From contig OZ024747.1 in assembly GCA_964016885.1 (NCBI GenBank), positions 90,458,001 through 90,522,000 on the forward strand: 64,000 bases of DNA, given 5' to 3'. This document shows positions 1-13,429 of this stretch, piece after piece. This DNA comes from Eledone cirrhosa. Its lineage: Eukaryota. Each line of letters starts with the position of its first letter. Position 1 is the stretch's first letter. Under the pieces are notes generated by a model. The model saw only the letters and a program-made list of their open reading frames with translations, did no database searches and had not been told where the DNA came from. Made by a program: the position numbers and the translations under genes.

Positions 1-1241
1 GTCTCTCTTTCCTTATCTCACCACTATTTTTATAAACACACTATGTCTCCCTTTCCTTATCTCACCTCTATCTCTGTAAACACACTATGTCTCCCTTTCC
101 TTATCTCACCTCTATCTTTGTAAACACACTATGTCTCCCTTTCCTTATCTCACCTCTATCTTTATAAACACACTATGTCTCCCTTTCCTTATCTCATCTC
201 TATCTTTATAAACACACTATGTCTCCCTTTCCTTATCTCACCTCTATCTTTATAAACACACTATGTCTCCCTTTCCTTATCTCACCTCTATCTTTATAAA
301 CACACTATGTCTCCCTTTCCTTATCTCATCTCTATCTTTATAAACACACTATGTCTCCCTTTCCTTATCTCACCTCTATCTTTATAAACACACTATGTCT
401 CCCTTTCCTTATCTCACCTCTATCTTTATAAACACACTATGTCTCCCTTTCCTTATCTCACCTCTATCTTTATAAACACACTATGTCTCCCTTTCCTTAT
501 CTCACCTCTATCTCTGTAAACACACTATGTCTCCCTTTCCTTATCTCATCTCTATCTTTATAAACACACTATGTCTCCCTTTCCTTATCTCACCTCTATC
601 TCTGTAAACACACTATGTCTCCCTTTCCTTATCTCACCTCTAACTCTGTAAACACACTATGTCTTCCTTTCCTTATCTCACCTCTATCTCTGTAAACACA
701 CTATGTCTCCCTTTCCTTATGTCACCTCTATCTCTGTAAACACACTATGTCTCCCTTTCCTTATCTCACCTCTATCTCTGTAAACACACTATGTCTCTCT
801 TTCCTTATCTCACCTCTATCTCTGTAAACACACTCTGTCTCTCTTTCCTTATCTCACCTCTATCTCTGTAAACACACTATGTCTCCCTTTCCTTATCTCA
901 CCTCTAACTCTGTAAACACACTATGTCTCCCTTTCCTTATCTCACCTCTATCTCTGTAAACACACAATGTCTCCCTTTCCTTATCTCACCTCTGTCTCTG
1001 TAAACACACTATGTCTCCCTTTCCTTTTCTCAGCTCTACCTTTATAAACACACTATGTCTCCCTTTCCTCATCTCACCTCTATCTCTGTAAACACACTAT
1101 GTCTCCCTTTCCTTATCTCACCTCAATCTCTGTAAACACACTATGTCTCCCTTTCCTTATCTCACCTCTATCTTTGTAAACACACTATGTCTCCCTTTCC
1201 TTATCTCACCTCTATCTCTGTAAACACACTATGTCTCCCTT
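1..1241. repeat. 44-bp minisatellite, about 28 copies, running off the window start
   Basis: Unit AAACACACTATGTCTCCCTTTCCTTATCTCACCTCTATCTCTGT repeats with period 44 (e.g. CTCACC at 61 and 105). Confidence 0.97.
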
Positions 1242-1244
1242 ACA

Positions 1245-2455
1245 AGCGACATAGCTAACTTATTCATGGTATGGTGGGACAGTAGACTTAAACTTAAACT
1301 TAAAGAACAATTAGAAGACCCTTTAACCCTGATAATGTACTCCCGCTACGTTGATGATATAAACATCGTAGTTAAGACACCCCCACTAGCGAACAGTCAG
1401 GAACTAGAGAATAACACAATGGAAAGCATCCAGCAAATAGCAAACTCCATCCACCAGAGCATTAGAGTTACTATAGACTACCCAAGTAAACACCCCAACC
1501 ATCGATTACCTGTACTAGACACAGAGCTCTGGTTAGATACCATTAACAACAAAAAACAAATCCTCCATTCCCATTATGCCAAACCCATGACTTCCAAACA
1601 TCTGATCCACCGAAAGTCGGCCGTTTCGGACCATACCAAAATCAACATACTGATTGCGAATTTGGTACGGGTGATGAGAAATGTGTCCCGCATGTGCAAC
1701 CCCGAAGAACTAGAGAGACACATACAACACTTCATCCACCGTATGCAGTTCTCTGGCTACAATCAGAAAGATAAAATCAGAGTGTATAGAGGAGCCAGAA
1801 CCAAATGGGAAAAAATGATAAATAATGACATAAATGGGACCTGCCCCTTGTATAGGAGCAAATTTTGGAATAGAATAGAAAGAACTAGGAACAAGGCTAA
1901 TAGAATAAACTCATGGTATGATAGTTCATCGATACAACCCCTAGAGGTGAATTAACTTACAAATTTAGAAGGGCCCTAAATAAACATAAACTCAATATTA
2001 AGATAGTAGAAAGACCAGGTACCTCCGTAAAAACACTTATTAGCAAGGCATACCCTTTTCAAAGACCCTCATGTATAGATAAGAAATGTATAACCTGTAA
2101 AATAAGCCCCCATATTAACTGTAAAACTAAAAATGTAGTGTATAGCATAAGATGTACTGAAGGACAATGTAGAGACAAAAATATAGTGTACATAGGTGAG
2201 ACAGCTCGTAGTGTAGGGGATCGGATAAATGAACACTGGCGAGACCTTCAAGATAGTAAAGAATCATCTGTACTCTACCAACATGCTAAAATAGAACACA
2301 AGGGTAAATTAGAGAACATAGAAATAAAAATAGAATCTACACACAGAAAAGACGCAATGTTTAGACAAATTACAGAGGCAATAAACATATAAGAATTACA
2401 ACCAAAATTAAATAGAAAATATGAGTGGAACAGCAACATCACAACTTACAATTAA
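1245..2455 (+). pseudogene. PLE RT + GIY-YIG endonuclease, disrupted
   Basis: ORF 1266-1955 shifts frame near 1923 into FIDTTPRGEL...CIDKKCITC...CKTKNVVYSIRC...YIGETARSVGDRINEH. Premature TAA at 2390-2392; the natural end LNRKYEW follows. Confidence 0.9.
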
Positions 2456-2655
2456 GGACAAAATGAAAACACACACACACATAGAACAAACAACCAACCA
2501 GTAACATGTAAATAAACAAATAAATAAATGAACATAAACACACACAGACACCCGGATGTGGCGCATGTGCAGACTGAGCACACAACACACACACAGAAAC
2601 AAAATGGCGTAGGACAGAACAAAGGAGAGGCACAGAAACAAAGAAAGGAATCCCC

Positions 2656-2700
2656 AGTCACTGAAGAGGTCACAGAGTGTGTGACGAAAGAACTATGACT
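2656..2700 (+). ncRNA. Minimal type-I hammerhead ribozyme motif (PLE-1)
   Basis: AGTCA-CTGAAGA-G-GTCACA(GAGTG)TGTGAC-GAAA-GAAC-TA-TGACT. Stem I AGTCA/TGACT, 6-bp stem II, very short stem III, CUA site. Confidence 0.8.
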
Positions 2701-2768
2701 ATATATAAACAACTATCTGGTTGTGGAACCAACCAACCAACCAGAAATTTATAAATTTATAAATTTAT

Positions 2769-2852
2769 TATAAATTTATTATAATAAATTGAAGTGAAAG
2801 CAACTGGTGCGTGTGTTTCTTATTGGCAACATGACCGTCCCAAAGTATAACA

Positions 2853-2856
<4 letters not shown>
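2769..2856 (+). mobile_element. Short PLE-type terminal fragment ending in (TA)n
   Basis: Near-identical to both arms of the palindrome at 40314-40455. Confidence 0.6.
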
Positions 2857-2883
<27 letters not shown>

Positions 2884-3029
2884 TATCGATTATATATATA
2901 TATATATATACATATATATCGATTATATATATATATATAATCATCATCATCATCGTTTAATCTCTATCTTCCACGCTAGCACATATATTATATATATATA
3001 CACATACATACATTATATATATATACATA

Positions 3030-3073
<44 letters not shown>

Positions 3074-3111
3074 TGCTAGCAGGGAAAGCAGACATTAAAA
3101 CAACAATGATG

Positions 3112-3209
<98 letters not shown>

Positions 3210-3519
3210 TTCTTAATCTATTGTTTCACATAACATTAGGAGGCAGTATTAAAAGATAAAATGTTTTTGTTGATATTCAGACAATGGTAATAAACTGAAG
3301 AAAGTGCTAACATTTTAAAAGTGAATTTGAAGAATTTGAATTAGTTCTTTTATCCTTTCTTTGACATATCTAATTTCTTTACATTGTATCTACCTAAGTC
3401 TGCTATCTATTTGAATGACTGGAGAGAAATACTTAGAAAAACCTGCTACTAGAAAAACAAAAAAAAAAGTTTGGTACTAGTATACTAAATGTAATGAACT
3501 AAAAAAAATTATTCTTATT

Positions 3520-3765
3520 CTTCTTCTTCACCCACTTATTCCTGAGAGGGCCGTGGGGACAGAGTCCTTAAACACTCCTTCCAGGGGTCCTGTCAGAAGC
3601 AACCGTCTCCAACTGGACTGGCTGGATCCCGAAGCGTGACCAGCCAAGCTCATGGATGTTATCCAACCATCTTGCTCGGGGTCTACCTCTGGGTCTCTTG
3701 CTGGCTGGCTGGTTTTGTCTGTAAAATTTGTCCCGCGATTCTTTCCTGATAATTTCTAACCACAA
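3520..3765 (-). mobile_element. RTE-like LINE 3' fragment
   Basis: KRPRGRPRARWLDNI motif and a (GAA)n-like tail. Second copy at 27927-28150. Confidence 0.75.
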
Positions 3766-4189
3766 AAAAATTATTTATGAAAAATTATTTATTAAAATTA
3801 TTTTTATAATAATTAGTGATAAGAAAAATCATCATCATCATATTGGGATAGATTGGACAAGACATTGTTTTAGGCAGGATTTTATAACTGGATGTCCATC
3901 CTGATGACAACACTAACGTCTATGCATAACGCTTATTTCCCTGATATTCACTAAACTGTAGGAGGATATATGGTTTATGCAGGGTATAAACAAAATATCA
4001 CCAGTTGTTTAAGCAGCATCAGTATCAAGAATATCACACACAAACACACATACAAACACACATACAAACACACATACAAACAAGCATACAAACATTCTCT
4101 CATTCATCCATTATATCTTGTCTGTCTCAAGCCCGGAAGATCATCAGGCTGGTTTCCATGATGTGAGGTGACAGAGAGTATATGACTGC

Positions 4190-4378
4190 CCCATGGACAG
4201 GATGCTTGCCCATCGTAGGGTTAATCCCCCAGCTATTGGTGGTACTCATTTTCACCTAAGTACAATGCAAAATGAAGTGTTTTGCTCAAGAACACAACAC
4301 GCAACCCAGTCCAAGATTCGAACCCATGACACTATGATTGTAAGTCCAACACCCTTACCACTAAGCCACATGCCTCTG
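4190..4378 (-). mobile_element. tRNA-derived SINE, diverged
   Basis: Minus strand has A box TGGCTTAGTGG, B box GGTTCGAATC and body GTGTTCTTGAGCAAAACACTT, like 16891. Confidence 0.75.
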
Positions 4379-5067
4379 TTATTCATCCATTATGCTGTTC
4401 TGAATTTTAAATATGATATTTAAGTGAAATATTTTGAAATGTTTATACCTATGCCCATGGATTATAAAATTATTTTAGTTTAGCTTAACTGCATGATGGA
4501 CTAGCATTCTCTCCATGGGGGACTCTTATACTCTTAACCCCTTAACGCCAATGAAACTATGATAACCCCTCACCTGAGGATCCCTAGTATTGGGAGATAC
4601 TTAAACTCTTTTAATAATATACAAACACACACACACACGCACACTCACACACACACACAGACACATGCATACACATATATATATTTATATATATTAGTGC
4701 CCAAAATGTAATGATCTTTTTCTACTAGATCAAGCATCAAAATAATATCTCTCTTCATTGTACTGTATTGTTTCGTTTGATGTTTCTGTTTACTTTTTGC
4801 ATATATATATATATATATATATATATAACAAAAAGTTATTGCTCTACATGGCTGAATACAATAAATGTAATCTGAGTTTTTCGAATATTAATAATAATAT
4901 TCGATTCGTTTGCAATTATGCAAACAAGCCTCTTTTAAGCTCTTGTGTTGGTATGTAAACAGTTTACATGCCAACACAAGAGTAAGAATGACGGGCTCAT
5001 TCTACTGACATGGCTTAAAAGAGGCTTTTCGCCCAGAGGGGTTCGTTGGAGGCAGATGTTCCGATTG

Positions 5068-5113
<46 letters not shown>

Positions 5114-5115
<2 letters not shown>

Positions 5116-5447
5116 AGGGCGGGTAAAATTCCCGAGATCCATGGACGAGCTCTCTCCAGTGGTCTCTGTCCCTCATTATCGATGCCATGTCCTGCGTCTC
5201 CAACAACATATGGGCATTAACATAGAGCATCAACATATGTTGACTTCGGTCTTCTTCTTCCAGTGTGTCCATGCAGGGGCTCCCATAGGAGCACTGAGTG
5301 CATTGTCAACTCTGGAGCTTGGTGACCATGTCCAGCTAATCTCAGTCTCACTTTTGAGCTGACTTTTGGGAGGCTCCCGTACAGCTCTGAGTTCTTCATC
5401 CTCAGTGTATACTGATTAATGTTCAGAGCCATCCTCAGCATTCTCGT
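5114..5447 (-). mobile_element. RTE LINE 3' fragment (family B)
   Basis: MLRMALNINQYTLRMKNSELYG matches 57060-57598; flanked by (TA)n. Confidence 0.85.
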
Positions 5448-5530
5448 ATATATATATATATATATGTATAAAATATTAAAAAAATAATGAATAAAACAAT
5501 GAAACAGTTCCTTATATTAAACAAAAAAAG

Positions 5531-5684
5531 TTCATTATTTAACGATCGTTTCTAGGATATATATGTGTTAGAATTGGCATGCATATTCAACAGATCTATG
5601 TACAAAATTATACAAAATTATACAAACTATCAAAATTAAATATACATACCAACACATATATATGCCGTCTTCAGAAATAATGAA
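5531..5684 (-). ncRNA. Hammerhead ribozyme motif with long stem II
   Basis: Reverse complement of 14106-14259. Confidence 0.65.
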
Positions 5685-6358
5685 ATATATTTATTGATAA
5701 TAACAACAATTCAAAATTACAGGTCTGTTTGGGAACAGAGTTCAAATTGACCAATGAAAACACAAAAAGTTTATACAGTTAGGTGTATGTATATATGTAA
5801 GTAACTTCGTTCACAGATATGCATAAAAATATATGTTCACATGCATACGCATGCCGAAAAGATGTATGTAAATACAAAAATTCAGGGCTAATGTCTCTGT
5901 ATGTTTATAATCTACAGATAAAATACGTATACGCATATAAACACATAAATATAAAAATAAATATATACACATTCATATACTCACACATATACATACATTC
6001 ACACACACACGCGCGTATACGCATAAACATACACACAACCACGAACATACATACACACACACACCCCCACACACATATATGTGTATATACTATTATCATA
6101 AGCATATGGACATTAATGCGCGCACATAAACACTGCCACACATATTTAGATCCAGATACAGAAAGTAGGTGGGGGGGGAAGAGGTCAGTATTTACTGGTG
6201 TCAGCAAACTGCCTATTTATAAATGTATCTATAAATTTAGAAATAAAAAGAAAAAGAAAAAAGAAAAAAGAAAAATATTAAGAAAATATATATATATATA
6301 TATATATATAAACAAGTAAAATATAAAATATACATCGATATACATACATATACATATA

Positions 6359-6408
<50 letters not shown>

Positions 6409-6709
6409 CATACATATACATACACATATACATAAACACATACATACACATACATATACATACACACACCATATAAATACATATACACATACACACACGC
6501 ATACATATAGAGACACATACATATACACATATAAATACATAGACATATACATATATACACACATATATATATACACATACACACATAGATATATATATAT
6601 ATTCACAACACACATATATATATATATATATACATATATATATACATATATCTATACACATATATAAACACACTCATGTATATACACACATACACATACA
6701 TACCCACAC

Positions 6710-6741
<32 letters not shown>

Positions 6742-6807
6742 ATACACACATATACACATACACACATACAAAGATATATATATATATACACATACACATA
6801 TAATATA

Positions 6808-6864
<57 letters not shown>

Positions 6865-7154
6865 TATATATACACATACATACTCATACATAGATATACA
6901 TATATACACACACACACATACACACATACATATACGCATATATACACATACATACACATCCATGTATGCGTATACACATACAAACACAACCACACGCTCA
7001 CACAACTCAGACATACATAAATAAAGGGATATACATACACATATATACATATATAAATAGAGATACATATACACATATAAATATATACACACATACACAC
7101 ACACATATATACATACACACACATACACACATACATATATATACACACACATAC

Positions 7155-7233
<79 letters not shown>

Positions 7234-7327
7234 TATATAAAAATAAAGAAATAAAAGAAATAAATAAATAAATTAATTAATACACACAGTCAGACAAATA
7301 TGCACACACATACATATACACACATAT

Positions 7328-7386
<59 letters not shown>

Positions 7387-7418
7387 TACATATATATATA
7401 CACATACACACATCAACT

Positions 7419-7454
<36 letters not shown>

Positions 7455-7456
<2 letters not shown>

Positions 7457-7836
7457 AAAGTTATATTTAAATTGTTGGGTTACAACTAGTAAATATTTAT
7501 AACTGATATAAAAGCACTCAACAAGTATTTGGAGTGTATTTACGATATTAAATAAATGGAAACTACATCTACAAAACCATATGTATTTCATCATACATAC
7601 CTCAGGGACATCACACTAACAATATGTTATGCCTTCCTCAGACAAAATACTGCCAAATCAACTTTTCAAATACAAGTCGATGTTGAACGGTATGTCAAAT
7701 CTATTTATTTATAAAACTGTCTATATTGTATTTTGTCTGAAGAAGGCACAACACATCGTCAATATGACATCCCTGAAACATATATAATGAAACAAATATG
7801 GCCCTACAAATACAGCCTCCATTCATTCAATATCGT
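7455..7836. mobile_element. Fold-back PLE terminal-repeat fragment with two hammerhead-bearing arms, T>C hypermutated
   Basis: Arms about 7541-7650 and 7728-7836 are inverted and homologous to 49817-50013 and 51187-51373. The minus-arm hammerhead core is destroyed (GAAA>GAGG). Confidence 0.85.
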
Positions 7837-8000
7837 ATATATATATATATATATATATATGAAAAGTGTAATTTTCTACACAAAGCGAAGGTTATAGAGA
7901 AAATTGAGGTTGGTAATGGCACATGGAATATATAAGAGACAGAATACTTTTTTGTGAAAAAACATAATTTTATAAGGTAAGGAAATAATAAAGGGTATAA

Positions 8001-8049
8001 AAAATGACCGGTTTCGATGGGTCTGCAAAAGCCATCTTTTCAAATGTTG
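8001..8049 (-). ncRNA. Hammerhead motif, U3-A8 variant (PLE-3 3' region)
   Basis: Reverse complement of 11371-11420. Confidence 0.6.
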
Positions 8050-8504
8050 ATTAATATTAAGAAAAATTAATAATACGAAGAGTTAAAATTTGAGACTTGA
8101 AAATTCAAGTATAAAATTCATTGTGGGATTTCATAGCAGTTTTCATCTTGGTAGCAACAACAGGTTGACTGCTGTGTCCCTTTCTGGTAGTGAATGAGAA
8201 GTTATTTGGGGTGTGGGTTATTTTATAAAGGTCAGATTTAGCAATCGCCAGCTGCTGGTCAGTGAGGAGGTGGAAGCAATATACATACACATATCTTCCT
8301 GTGATGGGTAGGAGAGTGGAGCGTGATAGAAAGGGATTTAGTGCACTTACACCTATATATACACACATACCTTCATCCACACATACATACATATACATAT
8401 ACATATATATATATATATATATATACATATACACACATACATACACACACACATACATATACATACACACATACACACACACACATATATATATATATAC
8501 ACAT

Positions 8505-8567
<63 letters not shown>

Positions 8568-8606
8568 TATATATACATACACATACATCCAGATACACAC
8601 ATACAT

Positions 8607-8688
<82 letters not shown>

Positions 8689-9284
8689 CCCCACACATAC
8701 ATACACACACACACACATATATATATATACATACACACATACAAACATACACACACACATATATATACACACACATACACACACATATATATACACACAC
8801 ACACACACACGCATATATATATATATATATACACATACGCATACATCCAGATACCCACATACATACACACACACGCACACACAATACATACATCCACATG
8901 CACACACATACACACACACACACACATACACATACATACACCCACACACAGAGAAATGGCCTTCAAATATATATATATATATATACATACAGACACATAT
9001 ATTTTTTCCATAATATAAGAAGTTGGGGCAGTGAAATTAAAATACAAGTCATTCTGATCACATTGAGTTCTTCATGTAGATTGGGCCCCGCAACCGACAG
9101 TGGTGAATTCTGTGTGCGCATATATATATAGATATATGTGTGTGCACGTGCAGGGTTTAACATGGATGTGTTGGTCACACAAAGGCATGGTCTGTCAATG
9201 AATAAACCTGATTCTACAGAATTGGTCTCTGGTCTTTAATAGTAGTGATTCCGTGCGTATGTGTGTTTATATTTTATGACAATT

Positions 9285-10440
9285 CTATTGGGGTGATAAC
9301 CCGTTTAGTTTTGGTTTAAATTTGTTAAGGAATAGATTTTCTTTGTTTATTCTTTGTTGCTGTGTGAACGAATCTGAGCACTTGTAGAAGGGGAAGATTT
9401 TAAAGTTGGGTAGTGTCATTCCTGCACAGTTCGCAATATGGCTGCTCAAGGGGATTTTTCTTGTGTTAGCGTCCCGGATTTGTTGGCGGTGGATGGTCAT
9501 TCTTTTGCGTAATGAGGTGCCCGTCTGTCCTATGTAGTTGTGTTTGCACCCACCGCAAGTTATTGCGTAAATCAAGTTCTCCGAGTTGCAGGTGAAATTG
9601 TTTTTTACTGTAAATGTTTGGCCATCTTTGAATGTAAATGTTTGTCCTTCAGTGAGGTAGAGGCACGTTCCACAGTTTGTTCTACCACATTTGGTAACTG
9701 TAGGGTTGAGGATTGGTTTGGGTATATTTGGTCCAGTGAGAATGCGTTTAAGTGATTTGGGTTGTCTTTTACTTTTAAGGATCTTGTGTGTTTCAAGAAT
9801 AGACTTCATTTTTACATCTTTAAGTAGGATGGGGAGGTTTTTGTGTAGGTGATCAAACATTTCGGTATTTCTGGGGTTGAAAGTGGATACATATGGCAGG
9901 GTGTTGAGTGTGGTTTTCTGTTTTGGATTGTTAAGTTGATGGGGATTTATGTGTTTTGCCCTGTCTATTCCATTGTCGATTATTTCAAGTGGAAAGGCTC
10001 TTAAGATAAGAGTGTCTTTTAGTTCCTTTAGTCTTTGCTCCCGTTTAGGTGGATCTGATACTATGGTACATATACGTTTGGCCAAATTGTAAGGAATGTT
10101 AAGTTTTGTATGTTTTGGGTGACTTGATGTGAAAAAGAGGTATTGCTTGGAATCTGTGGGTTTATAGAATATATCTGTATCTAATTTCCCGTCTATTACA
10201 GAGATGAGAATATCCAAGAAGGCTAATTCCTTAGGATTGGATTCCATTGTGAATTGTATGTTATTATCTATGTTGTTTATCATGTTTTTAAACGTAGTAA
10301 GTGAGTTCATGTCTTCTTGCCATAGGATAAAGCAGTCGTCTAGATATCTTTTCCAATTGGCTTTGAGGTGTGTGTGGAAAGAGTCTCCAAATAAGAGAAG
10401 GGACTGACTGTATATTTGTTGTTCATGGAATCCCAATCCC
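9285..10440 (-). pseudogene. PLE RT C-terminus + GIY-YIG endonuclease (uninterrupted frame, 5'-truncated)
   Basis: WKRYLDDCF, IQFTME, LAFLDI, FYKPTDSKQYL, SSHPKHTK, CGRTNCGTC, LIYAITCGGCKHNYIGQT, HRQQI, PKLN. Confidence 0.92.
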
Positions 10441-10442
10441 AT

Positions 10443-10851
10443 GCGGGGCCCAATCTACATGAAGAACTCAATGTGATCAGAATGACTTGTATTTTAATTT
10501 CACTGCCCCAACTTCTTATATTATGGAAAAAATATATGTGTCTGTATGTATATATATATATATATATATTTGAAGGCCATTTCTCTGTGTGTGGGTGTAT
10601 GTATGTGTATGTGTGTGTGTGTGTGTGTGTATGTGTGTGCATGTGGATGTATGTATTGTGTGTGCGTGTGTGTGTATGTATGTGGGTATCTGGATGTATG
10701 CGTATGTGTATATATATATATATATATGCGTGTGTGTGTGTGTGTGTATATATATGTGTGTGTATGTGTGTGTATATATATGTGTGTGTGTATGTTTGTA
10801 TGTGTGTATGTATATATATATATATGTGTGTGTGTGTGTATGTATGTGTGG

Positions 10852-10919
<68 letters not shown>

Positions 10920-11518
10920 ATGTGTATATATATATATGTGTGTGTGTGTATGTGTGTATGTATATGTATGTGTGTGTGTATGTATGTGTGTATATGTATA
11001 TATATATATATATATATGTATATGTATATGTATGTATGTGTGGATGAAGGTATGTGTGTATATATAGGTGTAAGTGCACTAAATCCCTTTCTATCACGCT
11101 CCACTCTCCTACCCATCACAGGAAGATATGTGTATGTATATTGCTTCCACCTCCTCACTGACCAGCAGCTGGCGATTGCTAAATCTGACCTTTATAAAAT
11201 AACCCACACCCCAAATAACTTCTCATTCACTACCAGAAAGGGACACAGCAGTCAACCTGTTGTTGCTACCAAGATGAAAACTGCTGTGAAATCCCACAAT
11301 GAATTTTATACTTGAATTTTCAAGTCTCAAATTTTAACTCTTCGTATTATTAATTTTTCTTAATATTAATCAACATTTGAAAAGATGGCTTTTGCAGACC
11401 CATCGAAACCGGTCATTTTTTATACCCTTTATTATTTCCTTACCTTATAAAATTATGTTTTTTCACAAAAAAGTATTCTGTCTCTTATATTTCCATGTGC
11501 CATTACCAACCTCAATTT

Positions 11519-11523
<5 letters not shown>
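10443..11523 (+). repeat. Inverted copy of the PLE-3 3' region (7897-9091)
   Basis: About 1.1-kb near-perfect inverted repeat, differing mainly in microsatellite lengths. It starts exactly at the RT truncation point. Confidence 0.95.
11371..11420 (+). ncRNA. Hammerhead motif, U3-A8 variant
   Basis: TTGAAAA-GATGG(11 nt)CCATC-GAAA-CCGG-TC. Palindromic ACCGGT stem III, GUC site, weak stem I. Confidence 0.6.
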
Positions 11524-11587
<64 letters not shown>

Positions 11588-11723
11588 TCACATATACATG
11601 CGCACATACGTACATATATACACATACACACATATACACATAGACGTATACATGCGCATACATATACATACACACATATACCCACATAAATACATAGATA
11701 CATATATATATATATATATATAC

Positions 11724-11754
<31 letters not shown>

Positions 11755-11899
11755 CACACAATCATACGCCCTTATTTACATGCGCACATATGTATTTTTA
11801 TACTCACATACAAACACCCAAACATACATACCTACCTACATATACATACATACATACATCCACGCTTACAAATACAAATAATAATGGGGGGGAAGGGGG

Positions 11900-13120
<1,221 letters not shown>

Positions 13121-13369
13121 TAATTCCTGTCGTTTATTTAATAGGATATCCTTAGATTTCATTATTTCAAATAGTTCTTGGGAACATAATCTACATTCAT
13201 TTCTATTATTTTGATAAGGGGTGGCTCTTTTGAGCACACTCCAGGTCATATCATATTCTATATTCTTATTTTTATAACTATTGATTTTTTTCTGCTAGAG
13301 ATGTTGTATTAGCCAGTGCGGCATTTTAAAAACTATGTTTGTGGGTATTAAACCTTACCTTAAAATTGT

Positions 13370-13388
13370 TATATTTTATATTTTACTT

Positions 13389-13429
<41 letters not shown>

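Larger units (their letters stand above)
1242..2745 (+). mobile_element. 5'-truncated Penelope-like retroelement (PLE-1), probably Naiad-like
   Basis: RT C-terminal half (IANLFMVWWD...YSRYVDD), Cys-rich linker, GIY-YIG endonuclease, then a 3' region with a hammerhead motif. Homologous to the element at 53735-55595. Confidence 0.9.
7861..10442 (-). mobile_element. PLE-3: young 5'-truncated PLE with a Neptune-type Cys-rich linker
   Basis: Open RT-thumb-linker-GIY-YIG frame, then a 1.4-kb 3' region ending at (TA)n. Confidence 0.9.
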
